Assembly: GCA_020184695.1 (NCBI GenBank)
Contig: JAANOX010000258.1
Span: forward strand, 620,001 to 684,000
Length of the DNA stretch: 64,000 bases
Source of the DNA: Histomonas meleagridis 2922-C6/04-290x
Lineage: Eukaryota > Protista > Parabasalia
Direction: 5' to 3'
Positions 11,154-22,044 of this stretch are shown here, in pieces. How positions within the stretch are numbered: position 1 is the first letter of the stretch; every line of letters begins with the position of its first letter. The notes beneath the pieces are model-generated. The model worked only from the letters and a program-made list of their open reading frames with translations, did no database searches and was not told the origin of the DNA. The position numbers and the translations under genes are program-made.

Positions 11154-11903
11154 TTATTGTTTCTTGTTCTTGTTTTTCTTTGATTTCATAATTTTTACGC
11201 AAATCCAAGCAATGAAACATCCAATAAGCAGAACAGGTCCAACGCTTGGCATTATGATAGAGAAGATAAATGCAAAAATCATTGCATAAAGAAGAATCTT
11301 TTCTGTATCAAGAGATGAGGTTGTCTTATTTTCAACACCTTTGATAGGTGATTGAGAGCGCAAAGGCCTGCTCATATGGGCAAATGGTGAAGGCTCTTTC
11401 GGTGTATTTACTTTTGGTGTGAAATGTTTTGGCGAATTCTCTTTTGGAGAGCTCTCTTTCGGAGAAGGCTGTTTTTGTGTAGGTTGCTTTGGTGATTGTT
11501 GTGCTGGTGAAGATTGTTGAAATACGTTTTCTTTTGGAGATTGAGATTTCATTGGTGATTGCTTTGGAGCGTTATCTTTTGGAGAAGATATAGCAGCTGG
11601 CTTGGGCTTTTCTTCATCTAAAAGTAATCTACTGGAGATATATGTCTTTTCTTCCTTGGCAGGAGATTTTGGTGGTTCACTTTGTGGTTGTTGTTTACCT
11701 GGTGACCGAGGCGACTTTGGTTTCCTGCCTGGCCTTCCAGGAGACCCTTTTGATTTTGGTGATTTATTCTTATTATCCATAAGAATTTGAATTAGCTCAT
11801 TTTTGTTGGCATTATTTGGTGGAGTGATGCCAAGGGATGCAATTTCTTTCTTGATAGAAGCAACTGTATTTGAAGCTGGATTAGCCCAGTTAAATGTTGA
11901 CAT
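11154..11903 (-). CDS. HeH/LEM-like N-terminus, Ser-Pro-rich linker and C-terminal TM (candidate inner nuclear membrane protein)
   Basis: NTVASIKKEIASLGITPPNNANKNELIQIL resembles the HeH/LEM helix-extension-helix. Many SP sites and a hydrophobic C-terminal hairpin. Confidence 0.6.
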   Translation of the reverse strand: MSTFNWANPASNTVASIKKEIASLGITPPNNANKNELIQILMDNKNKSPKSKGSPGRPGRKPKSPRSPGKQQPQSEPPKSPAKEEKTYISSRLLLDEEKPKPAAISSPKDNAPKQSPMKSQSPKENVFQQSSPAQQSPKQPTQKQPSPKESSPKENSPKHFTPKVNTPKEPSPFAHMSRPLRSQSPIKGVENKTTSSLDTEKILLYAMIFAFIFSIIMPSVGPVLLIGCFIAWICVKIMKSKKNKNKKQ

Positions 11904-12028
11904 TGTGTTTTATTAAGGTCAGATCAGTTTGGCGCCAAACCGCCGACGACCGTTTAATATGTTTGCACATGCTGCTCTTTTGTTCAACTTTTTCTATGAG
12001 CCTCCAAACATCTGCTGATTTTGCCTAA

Positions 12029-14764
12029 ATGGAGAGTTCTCCAACTTCACCTCGAAGCAAATTGACATTAGGAGAACTCAAACAAAAATACAACCAGTTA
12101 GCAGAAAAAAATAAGGTTCAAAAACAAAAAATTGATCAATGTTTGCAAAATCAAAAAATTCTTCAGGATGCTGTCAATGAAAGAGATGAAGCTATTAAAA
12201 AAAGAGAAGAAAAAATTGTGGAATTAAGTGAAGCCACGAAAGAGGCAGAATCTCGAATTCAACTTAAAGATTACCAATTACAAGAATTATTCACACAACT
12301 TACAGAAAAAGAGAACTTGCTTAAAGAAGAAGGACAAAAATTAGAGCGAGTAACAAAGAAATTTAAAAAGATGGTTAAAAAATATGATGGGATTGATCCT
12401 GTTGAATTCAAAAAACTTCAACAAGAAAGTCTGGAACTCAATCAAAAGTTAACGCAACTTGAATCAAGTCATGTTGATAATGAAACTGAAGAAAAAATTC
12501 AGATTTTGGAAGCTGAAAATTGCAAACTAAAATCCCAAATTTCACAAATGGAAAATGAAAATTCGACTAACAATAGCACAGAGATCATTACTCTCAACAC
12601 AAAAATCGAGGAGCTCACCAAAATAGTGAATCAATTAAATCTTGAACTTAAACAAAAGATCAAAGAAAACGAAATTAATAAAAGTAACCTTGAAGAAAAC
12701 CAAAGGAAAATTGATCCACTAACAACAGAAAATAAGAAATTAACTGAAATTAATTCACAAAATCAAAATCACATTAACAAATTAATTGAAGAACAAAACA
12801 AATTAAAAGAAACAATATCTTCTTTGGAAAAGAATAAAATCGAAGCAATTTCATCCACATCTGAAGAAGCTAAAAAAGAGATGATGAAAATTTTTGGAGA
12901 ATTAGAAAAGTCAAAACAAGAAAACGAAAAAATGAAATTAGAAATTCAAAATATCCAAAACGAATCAAATAACAATTTAAGTAAACTTCAAAACGAAATT
13001 AAGACAAAAGATGAAATTATACAAAAATACAAATTAGAATTACAAAAAAATTCAAATGAAAAAAATGAAATACAAAATAACCTTGAACAAATGGTCGAAA
13101 TATATAAAGAATCGGAACAGCAAAATGAAAAATTAACACAAACAATTACAGAATTACAAAATCAAACCAAAGAAATTACGCAAAAATTCAATGATGAATC
13201 AAAAAGTGCACAACAAAACGATCAGAAAATTCAAAAGTTTATATCCGAAAATGAATCACTTAAACAAGAAAACAATAAATTGCAAATGCAATTAAAACAA
13301 GCTGAACAAAAATCGCAACAATTTTTAACAGGAATTAATTCGCTTAAACAAGAAAACAATAAATTACAAACACAAATAAAACAAAATGAACAAAAATCGC
13401 AACAACTTTCAACAGAAATTAATTCGCTTAAACAAGAAAACAATAAATTACAAACACAAATAAAACAAAATGAACAAAAATCACAACAATTTACAACTGA
13501 AATTGAATCACTAAAAAATGAAATAAAACAACAAAACGATAAAATCGCCAAAAACGAAAAAATTAACAACGACTTAAAGTCAAAGCTTAAAGAAAAGAGC
13601 ACAGAAGTAGCAACACTTACCAAAGACAATCAATCAATCATTGATCAACTTAAAGCAGATCTTCAAACAGTTAAGCAGCAATATGAGACGGAAAAATCTT
13701 CGTTACGTAAATCCATTAAATCGCAGAAAAAAGAACATCGCAAAGCGCTTTCAAATCTCCGTAAAGAGCACGAAGCAGAAAAATCTGCTCTTCAACAACA
13801 GCTCACAGAATATGAAACCAAAATTAATGAAAGCAAAACATTAAATGAACAAAAAATTACTGAACAAGAAAACCTTAAAAAAGAACTTGACGAAATCACC
13901 AAACAATATGAGACAACATCCACAAATAACATTAAGTTAATGAATGAAATAACAATACTTCAAACGTCATTAGATGAAACGAAAACGAAACTTCATACAA
14001 TTGAAGAACGAATTGCGATAATGAATGAAGAAAATAATAATTATGTAAATAAGAACTCAAGACTTAAACAAAAGATCGAACAACAAAAAGATAAAATTAA
14101 TGCACAAGAAAAAGAAATAACTGAATTAAAATCACAAATACTTAAAATTAAAATCGACCTTTCAAACGAAATTAAAAATTCGAATAATATTCAAGCGACG
14201 TTTGATGAATATCGGAAAATAACAAAAGAAAAACAACTTAAACTTCAAGAAGATGTTGATGACTTCGATAACTTAAAAGAAGATATGAATACGAAATATA
14301 AACTTCTTGAAAATGAGTTGCAAACACTTAAAATGACAACTTCTGTCACTGAGAAGCAATTAAAAATAGAAATGGAATCAAAAGAATCGAAAATTAATGA
14401 AATTAAACAAATTAACGAAGAGTTAAATCTGAAAATCGATGATTTAAAGAAGAAATTAGAAATTGAAGAAGAAAAGGTTTCAAAGGAAATCGAAAGGAAT
14501 AAGAAAATTAAAATAAAATTAAACGAAGAAATGAAGAAAAAACAAGTGAATTGTACACCCGTAGATAAAAATGCAATTTTCCCAAATTATATCAGAAAGG
14601 TGTTGTTGCAATTCTTTATGCAAGATGGATCAACTAGAGAAGCACTGATTCCAGTGATATTGAACTTGGTGGAATGTGATGATAAAATGATACAACAAGC
14701 AAAAAGAAGATGGGCTGAAAGTAATCAAGTGATTGCTCATACACTGTCACTTTTTAGAAAATAG
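12029..14764 (+). CDS. GRIP-domain golgin-like coiled-coil protein
   Basis: Long coiled coil ending in NYIRKVLLQFFMQ...REALIPVILNLVECDDKMI, which is the GRIP pattern. Confidence 0.85.
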   Translation: MESSPTSPRSKLTLGELKQKYNQLAEKNKVQKQKIDQCLQNQKILQDAVNERDEAIKKREEKIVELSEATKEAESRIQLKDYQLQELFTQLTEKENLLKEEGQKLERVTKKFKKMVKKYDGIDPVEFKKLQQESLELNQKLTQLESSHVDNETEEKIQILEAENCKLKSQISQMENENSTNNSTEIITLNTKIEELTKIVNQLNLELKQKIKENEINKSNLEENQRKIDPLTTENKKLTEINSQNQNHINKLIEEQNKLKETISSLEKNKIEAISSTSEEAKKEMMKIFGELEKSKQENEKMKLEIQNIQNESNNNLSKLQNEIKTKDEIIQKYKLELQKNSNEKNEIQNNLEQMVEIYKESEQQNEKLTQTITELQNQTKEITQKFNDESKSAQQNDQKIQKFISENESLKQENNKLQMQLKQAEQKSQQFLTGINSLKQENNKLQTQIKQNEQKSQQLSTEINSLKQENNKLQTQIKQNEQKSQQFTTEIESLKNEIKQQNDKIAKNEKINNDLKSKLKEKSTEVATLTKDNQSIIDQLKADLQTVKQQYETEKSSLRKSIKSQKKEHRKALSNLRKEHEAEKSALQQQLTEYETKINESKTLNEQKITEQENLKKELDEITKQYETTSTNNIKLMNEITILQTSLDETKTKLHTIEERIAIMNEENNNYVNKNSRLKQKIEQQKDKINAQEKEITELKSQILKIKIDLSNEIKNSNNIQATFDEYRKITKEKQLKLQEDVDDFDNLKEDMNTKYKLLENELQTLKMTTSVTEKQLKIEMESKESKINEIKQINEELNLKIDDLKKKLEIEEEKVSKEIERNKKIKIKLNEEMKKKQVNCTPVDKNAIFPNYIRKVLLQFFMQDGSTREALIPVILNLVECDDKMIQQAKRRWAESNQVIAHTLSLFRK
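13256..13510 (+). repeat. 84-nt (28-aa) coding tandem repeat, about 3 copies
   Basis: NSLKQENNKLQTQIKQNEQKSQQ units are visible. Confidence 0.85.
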
Positions 14765-15177
14765 AACTATCGTAAAAACTGTTATATCACAAATGGCATT
14801 TTTTGAATTGATAAATGAGGCGATTTTGATCGTTCGATTGACGGTTATGATAAATTGAAACGATCAAATTGATCTGAAAAATATTTAAAAAAATTGATCG
14901 TAAAAGGAAAAAAGAATCATAACTAAGGAAGAATTTTCTCTTATTTTTTTTTGATTATTTATTCCATGGTTTGCTAGTAAATCATTTTTTTATAATTTAT
15001 TTTTTAATTAAAAAAAAAAATTATTAATTAATAAAATGTTTATCTAAATTACATTTTAATTTTTATACTATAATGCTATGAATAATAAGTATAATTCTTT
15101 TGTTTAAAGTATGAAATTTCATTATGTGAAAGGAAAAATCATCAACGAACGATTTGGCCAAATAACGGCAATTTCGA

Positions 15178-16743
15178 ATGTTGTTCGTGTTTTTCTCCCT
15201 CACTCTATCAACATTAAAACCAGGAGAAGACCCATACAAGATTTTAGGTCTAAGCCATAAGGCTACTGATGAAGAAGTTAGAAAAGCTTTTCTTGATATT
15301 ACAAAAAAATATCATCCAGATATTAACAAAGAACCAGGCGCAGAAAAGATTTGGGTACATGCCAATGATGCTTATGAACTTCTTCATAACCAAGAACGTC
15401 GAAGAATTTATGATCAAACTGGATCCGTCGCTGATGATCCTTTCTCTGGATCTGGCCAATCAGGTTATACAAGTACAGCCGAAGATATTATTAACGAAAT
15501 TTTACGCAGCTTTGGTTTTCAACCACCTAAAGAAGTTAAAATGGAAACTCAAGAAGTTAATAGCAAAACATACAAAAAATTACTACATGAACACAAAGAA
15601 TTATTTGTATATGTTTATGATCCAAATGATATTTTTGACACTCCTAAGTGTGCCCAATTCTACGAAGCCATTGCCAAAGAATATGGACATTTAGCAAAAT
15701 TTTTACGTAACAATGTTGAAACCGGAAATGAATTTTCCGAAGAATTCCAAATTAAAACCACACCACGCTTCTTGTATCTAAAGATTGGATCTGATGGAGA
15801 AATAATTTCTAAAGTCAGTGGCAACATCGATGACCGCATTAAATTCATCAACTGGATGGTTAGCTGCTGGAATCCAGATTATCGTGTCTTTACACGAGTA
15901 TCTGATCTCCAAAATTGGCTTGAAAAGTATTCACATTACACATGTGTCTATAGTATTGTTCGTACAAGTGAACCGAGCATTGAGTTTAAGCGTATGTCAG
16001 CAAAATATCGCGAATGCAAATTTGCTGTACTTACTGACGATTATGCCAATGCAATCCGCACTTTTCATCTCAAAGAAATCCCATCAAATTTCGTAGTTCG
16101 AGCTGGAGTTCATACAATCACACACAACTATCAAATCCTCAAAACTTTATCAAAGCCACTCTTTGTTGATATGAGCAAAATTGTCTTCGAAGAAATATGT
16201 AATAACTTGTGTTTGATGTACGTTGGCGATGTAAACAAAGAAATAATTGACAACTTTACAAATGTCAAAGACGCATCAATAACGAACGTTAAGAGCAATT
16301 CAATGTTTGCAAAACAACTTAAAGCAAAGGATAACGAATGGTTCCTTGTGAGTAATAGTGAGATGAAATATACAAAAATCAATATAGATAATTATAGGAA
16401 AGAGATTGAAAGTTTTTGGCTTGGTGAATTAACTATGTCAGAAATCACTCAAAAGCCAGGTTATTCTTGGAATGATAAAACGGAAATAGTTCGGAAATAT
16501 GCATTGATGTTGAGGCCTTCAAATTGGAAACAACTTTTGTTGTCAATCGGAATCGATGTCGATTCAATAATCTTCTTTGCAGCATTATTCATACTTTTGG
16601 TAATGTTGTATAAGTTTTGTTGCTGTTGCTGCTGCTGTTGCCATTGTTATTGCATCAGAAGATGCTTCAGAAAGAAAAAAAATAATGAAATTAAGATTAT
16701 GCAGGATGGTAAAGAATATACAATTAAAGTTACTAATGAATAG
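15178..16743 (+). CDS. Signal-peptide DnaJ protein with thioredoxin-like folds and C-terminal TM (DNAJC16-like)
   Basis: Signal peptide, DPYKILG...YHPDINK J-domain, thioredoxin-like middle region, and a TM followed by a Cys run. Confidence 0.85.
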   Translation: MLFVFFSLTLSTLKPGEDPYKILGLSHKATDEEVRKAFLDITKKYHPDINKEPGAEKIWVHANDAYELLHNQERRRIYDQTGSVADDPFSGSGQSGYTSTAEDIINEILRSFGFQPPKEVKMETQEVNSKTYKKLLHEHKELFVYVYDPNDIFDTPKCAQFYEAIAKEYGHLAKFLRNNVETGNEFSEEFQIKTTPRFLYLKIGSDGEIISKVSGNIDDRIKFINWMVSCWNPDYRVFTRVSDLQNWLEKYSHYTCVYSIVRTSEPSIEFKRMSAKYRECKFAVLTDDYANAIRTFHLKEIPSNFVVRAGVHTITHNYQILKTLSKPLFVDMSKIVFEEICNNLCLMYVGDVNKEIIDNFTNVKDASITNVKSNSMFAKQLKAKDNEWFLVSNSEMKYTKINIDNYRKEIESFWLGELTMSEITQKPGYSWNDKTEIVRKYALMLRPSNWKQLLLSIGIDVDSIIFFAALFILLVMLYKFCCCCCCCCHCYCIRRCFRKKKNNEIKIMQDGKEYTIKVTNE

Positions 16744-16996
16744 AAAATTAAACGTTTTATGGTTCTTTTTTTTTTGTTGAAACAAGTTATATTGATTTTA
16801 TTTCTGTTTGATCATCAATGAGAAATTTATGATTCAATCATTTCTTAACATTCATATAGCTTACCAAGTGCTTGTTTAATAGTAGATGACTTTGCGAGAA
16901 ATAACTTTGTTTTTATATCAAGAAATTATTGTACATAATAAAGCGTTTAATTTAGCCGATCAAAACCTCTTTGTGGAGCCGTTTAAATTAAGTTAG

Positions 16997-17464
16997 ATGA
17001 AAGAAAACAAAGGAGTTCCAATGCCAGCACGAACTTCAAAGCGACAAAAATCATTAGAAGACACTCCAAAGCCTGTAGCAAGCTTGCCAAGGCCCTTAAT
17101 TTCTTCGAGATCTCCGTCTCCTTATTCAAGTTCAAGTTCCCCAATTCCAGGATTCGGTAAGAAATGCCCAACAGATGAAGAAAGGAAAATGCTTGAAACA
17201 CCGAAATTGAAACTAAAAGATGCTGATGCTTTCACAAAAGGCGATCCATTGATTAAACCAGAATCAAAATTATCAACAATGAAAATTGTTCTTGTTATAA
17301 TAATGGGAATCTCTTTTATTTTACTTTTTGTTTTCCCAATTTTTGGTGTTGTTTTTGTAATTGCATTAATCTTATTTATCATTGTTTTACGAAAGATCAA
17401 AAAGGATATCAGGCACAAGCAAAAGAATGTTAAGCCTCCGGTTTTGCTTTTTCCTACAAAATAA
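16997..17464 (+). CDS. Small Ser/Pro-rich protein with a C-terminal hydrophobic hairpin
   Basis: ORF with a long hydrophobic segment flanked by basic residues. Confidence 0.65.
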   Translation: MKENKGVPMPARTSKRQKSLEDTPKPVASLPRPLISSRSPSPYSSSSSPIPGFGKKCPTDEERKMLETPKLKLKDADAFTKGDPLIKPESKLSTMKIVLVIIMGISFILLFVFPIFGVVFVIALILFIIVLRKIKKDIRHKQKNVKPPVLLFPTK

Positions 17465-17671
17465 ATGTTTGAAATTTATACAACTTTTAAAATTTGATAT
17501 ACTTACAGAAAGTTCGATAATACTACAAAATAAGTGTGCACATCTGATTTTCATATTATGCCAAAAACATGTTTATTCTATACATTTTTCCTCAAGCAAG
17601 ATCAGCGGCCAAATAAATATTTAAAAAGTCGGGGTTTTGGTTATAACCGTTTTGGCCAGCCTTTGCTCCTT

Positions 17672-18433
17672 ATGCAAGCTGATAGAGAAGCCTCCATCAA
17701 GAAAATGCTCGCCGCCAAAGTTCACATTGGTTCATCCAATCTTTCCTTTGGCATGCAACCATATGTTTTCACACGTACAAAGACTGGTACACACATCATT
17801 AACCTTGGAATGACATATGAAAAGATCAAACTTGCAGCACGTATGATCTATGCTGTTGAAGAACCACGTGATGTTCTTGCTATTTCCGCTAAACCATTTG
17901 GTCAACGTGCAGTTCATAAGTTTTCACAATTCCTTGGTTGCCTTTGCATTAATCAACGTTTCACACCAGGTTTCTTCACTAACCACTCCATCAAGGGCAA
18001 GTTCATGGAACCACGTCTTATCATTGTTTGTGATCCAAATACTGATACACAAGCCATCACTGAAGCTGCATATGCTAACATCCCATGCATTGCTCTTTGT
18101 GATACTGATGCTAGTCTCCGCTATGTTGATTGCGTTATTCCATGCAATACCAAGAATAAGACATCAATTGGTCTTGTAATGTGGTTACTCACCCGTGAAG
18201 TCCTCCGCCTTCGTGGTGAACTCCTCCGCACACAAGAATGGAAGGTTCTTCCAGATCTTTACTTCTATCGTGATACACGCGATGAGCAAAACATCCAAGA
18301 ACAAATCGATCACGAAGGAGAAGAAGCAGTCGCAACTGATGTTACAACTGTTGATGCTGCTCCTAATGCTGATGCTGGTGCAACACAAACTGAACAAGAA
18401 TGGAACAATGCTGGTGAAGGTGCTGGCTGGTAA
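17672..18433 (+). CDS. RPSA: 40S ribosomal protein SA (uS2)
   Basis: MLAAKVHIG, RFTPGFFTN, EPRLIIVCDP, IPCIALCDTD, IPCNTK. Biased codon usage of a highly expressed gene. Start set at MQADREAS. Confidence 0.97.
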   Translation: MQADREASIKKMLAAKVHIGSSNLSFGMQPYVFTRTKTGTHIINLGMTYEKIKLAARMIYAVEEPRDVLAISAKPFGQRAVHKFSQFLGCLCINQRFTPGFFTNHSIKGKFMEPRLIIVCDPNTDTQAITEAAYANIPCIALCDTDASLRYVDCVIPCNTKNKTSIGLVMWLLTREVLRLRGELLRTQEWKVLPDLYFYRDTRDEQNIQEQIDHEGEEAVATDVTTVDAAPNADAGATQTEQEWNNAGEGAGW

Positions 18434-18977
18434 ATAAACGCCAATTCTTTGCACTTATTCAATCGAATTTTTCGAAATGTTCTTATAAGGCGAGCCCAAA
18501 GCTCTATCGTTTATCGTTCTTGAATAAACGGTGTTCCCTACTTTTTGAATACATTTTCGCGGGGTTTTTTAAAAAGAAAGAAAATAACAAATACGCAATA
18601 TGGGTTTTTTTAAAAGTAAGATCATATGATCAATTCTAAAGTCCGAAACTTATTTATCCTGTTTACACATCACAAATAACATTTTTTTTTGTTAAGCTAA
18701 ATTTGGAACTCGTTTATAGGTGTTAAAGCAGATGGAAAGAATACATAGTCACCTGATTAATCCATATTTGGCAGAAAACCCTCTATTTCCCAGCCAAGTA
18801 AAGCACAAAAAACCACCAAAATTCTTTACCTCGCTTAAAATTTTGAGAAAAAAAAAAATGGAGATTAATCTGGTGACTCTACAGCAATTTTCTTACATTC
18901 GATAGGGTTGAATTGGGCCCTGTTCCCCAAAAACGTAGCCCCCTGTGTCTATCGTTTGTCAATTACTTTATTGGTTA

Positions 18978-21117
18978 ATGGAACTCTCGAAATCGTTGCA
19001 GTCAATCATCTTTAATCTCAACGAAGAAAATATCAAATCATCAGTTCAATCAACAATAGAACTATTTACTTACAATAAACAATACACATTCAACCTTCTT
19101 ATTTCTAGGATAATATATACAGCATTTGTTTCTCAAGTAAAAGTCAAATCGCCAATCTTTAAATATTTGGTGATGTTGAATTTACAAGAAGAAAAAACTA
19201 ATAAAAATATAATAAACCTTATTTACATATTTAATCAATACTTACTTCAAATAAAAACACAAGAATCATTATTTCTTCTTCGAAAGATGAACGAGCAAGG
19301 ATTATTCGAAACAAATCTTGTAAAATATAATAAGAAAAATTATGAATTGGTTCTAAATAATGATTTTGCTAACCTGAAGAATATTAATGAAGAAGGACAT
19401 AATCCAAATGAAATTGCGAAAATAATTCGAAATGATGAAATGGATAAACTTCAAGAAATATCATCACAAGAAAACTTTGATTTTAATCAAACAATTGAAC
19501 CATCACTTTATGAAAGATGTTCTTTTATTAATGAAGAAAATGTTACATTAATTGATTATGCAGCATTTTTTGGGTCAGTTAAATGTTTTAAATATTTACT
19601 TATGAATGGTGCAGAAGTAGAAAATACAGGTAAATATGCAGTTGCAGGTGGAAGTTTAGAGATAATTCATTTGTGTGAACAAAATCATTCATCATTTAAA
19701 GATGCATATGAAACAGCAATTAAATTCCACCAAAATGATATCTTTATATATCTTTATGAGAAGAAAAATGATAAAATTATAACAAAATACAATAAACAAA
19801 CACCCAATTTAAATCATAGAAAAGCCGAAAAAGATATTGCATATTTTAAAAGAATTTGTTTGGTATGTGATAATTATATAATTTTTTCATTTTTAGAACA
19901 AGAAACAATGGAAATAACTGAAGGTATTATTGAGGAAATTGCAAGAAATGGAAACACATTTATAATGGAAAATATAATAGATAATCAACAAATTCCAAAT
20001 ACAATTTTATCATGTTCAGTTGAATCAGGAAATATAGAAATAGTAAAATTACTTTTAGATAAAGGAATTGATGTTAATGCAAAAACTATTCATTTGAATA
20101 ATTTGAAATATGTTTTAATAATTTTGGATATGTTTTAATAATTTTTTATATGTTTTAATAATTTGAAATATGTTTTAATAATTTGAAACAGCACTTCATA
20201 TAGCAGTTAGAAATAATAATATAGAAATAGTAAAATTACTTTTAGATAAAGGAATTGATGTTAATGTAAAAAGAATTTAATTTAATAATTTATAATATGT
20301 TCTAATAATTTAGAATATGTTTTAATAATTTGAAATATGTTTTAATATTTTGATATATGTTTTAATAATTTGAAATATGTTATAATAATTTGAAACAGCA
20401 CTTCATATAGCAGTTGGAAATAATAATATAGAAATAGTAAAATTACTTTTAGATAAAGGAATTGATGTTAATGCAAAAAATATTCATTATAATGGTTTGG
20501 AATATGCTTTAATAATTTGAAATATGTTTTAATAATTTTATATATGTTTTAATAATTTGAAACAGCACTTCATATAGCAGTTAGAAATAATAATATAGAA
20601 ATAGTAAAATTACTTTTAGATAAAAAAGAAATTGATGTTAATGCAAAATATATTCATTCGAATAATTTGTAATATTTTTTAATAATTTTATATATGTTTT
20701 AATGATTTGGAATATGTTTTAATAATTTGATGTATGTTTTAATAATTTGAAATATGTTTTAATAATTTTATATATGTTTTAATAATTTGAAATATGTTTT
20801 AAGAATTTGAAACAGCAATTCATATAGCAGTTAGAAATAATAATAAAGAAATAGTAAAATTACTTTTAGATAAAGAAGGAATTGATGTTAATGCAAAAAC
20901 TATTCATTTTAATGGTTTGGAATATGCTTTAATAATTTTATATATGTTTTAAAGATTTGGAATATATTTTAATAATTTGGAATATGTTTTAATAATTTTA
21001 TATATGTATTAATCATTTGAAACAGCAATTCACATAGCAGTTAGAAATAATAATTTAGAAATCGTAAAATTGCTTTTAGATAAAGAAATTAATATTAAAA
21101 CAATCAACTTTATTTAA
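18978..21117 (+). CDS. Locus B: DUF3447-like domain plus ankyrin repeats with five 20-nt-periodic insert arrays
   Basis: Conserved N-terminal domain (LIDYAAFFGSVKCFKYLLMNG). Five TALHIAVRNNNIEIVKLLLDK-type repeats, each preceded by 4-8 17-nt inserts with single codons between them. After excision the frame runs to TAA at 21115-21117. Confidence 0.75.
20088..21018 (+). repeat. Five arrays of the 17-nt unit ATATGTTTTAATAATTT alternating with variable triplets
   Basis: Arrays at 20088-20184 (5 inserts), 20275-20391 (6), 20482-20558 (4), 20652-20808 (8) and 20902-21018 (6). Confidence 0.95.
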
Positions 21118-21206
21118 ATGAATGAATTACATTAGTGAAAAAAATTTCACAAAAATGAACCTTGCACAATCACTGAGCTGTTGTGAACAAAATCTTGTTC
21201 TGTGAT

Positions 21207-22044
21207 AGAGTGGTTCCTACTCTTGGAGATGTCCCTCCAGAAAATTTGTAATTACTTTTTCGAGCATATATACTCAAAATATATATAAAATCTAATAGTA
21301 AAAATTATTTGGCTAGATTCGGATTATTTGAGTATATGACTTTTTTATTTAAATTGAATATTACAAAATTTGACTAAAAAATTATTTCATAATCATATTT
21401 GAAAATAAAAAAGAAAAAAAGGGTCAATTTTTTTTTTATACTTGATTTAAATATTGCGTTTTTCGTTAAAAATGAAATATGCATTATTTGGTGTACTAAG
21501 AATAAAAACAAGAAATCATGATTCTATATATAAATTTATCAATGTCACAAAAAAAGTTAACTTTGTTCGGTTACTCAAAAGCGAATTCATAAAAACAGTG
21601 ATCAGACACAGGATAATTTTGAAAAAATTATATAGCTTGATGACACTTTTTATGAATAATTTGGAGAGTTTATAACACGATTGAAAGGTTTATTTACTTA
21701 ATTGTGAGAGATCCACTTTTTGAAGCCTTCACAAACGAAATTAGGAATTTTAAAAACAGCTGTATGCAGCACGTAGTACATTACGTAGAACCCATCTTTT
21801 TAATCTCATATATGGAGAAGACATAAAATAAATCAATCTAGAAAAAAATATTGTGCTTGAACAAAGAAAGAAGATAAAAAACTTAAAGACATAATCAGCG
21901 GCTTTGGCGGTGATCTCGATAAATAAATAAAATATTATCCTTATCGCTCTTTGGGGTAAAAAAAAATAACAAAAATGAACGTTAAGTAAAATTCTTGGCT
22001 TTACTTCGCTATTTTTTGTGGAAATAATTGGTCGGAACCACCGA
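21207..22044 (+). mobile_element. Non-autonomous TIR element (MITE-like), copy 1
   Basis: Reverse-complement homologue of 53920-55206 at both ends and through the core. Left end AGAGTGGTTCC, right end degenerate (GGAACCACCGA). Confidence 0.75.

Noticed and set aside
20088-21018. CRISPR-like array (conserved repeat plus variable spacer)
   Set aside because: Spacers are only 3 nt, repeats are 17 nt, the host is a eukaryote, there are no cas genes, and the arrays sit at a fixed position inside ankyrin coding repeats.
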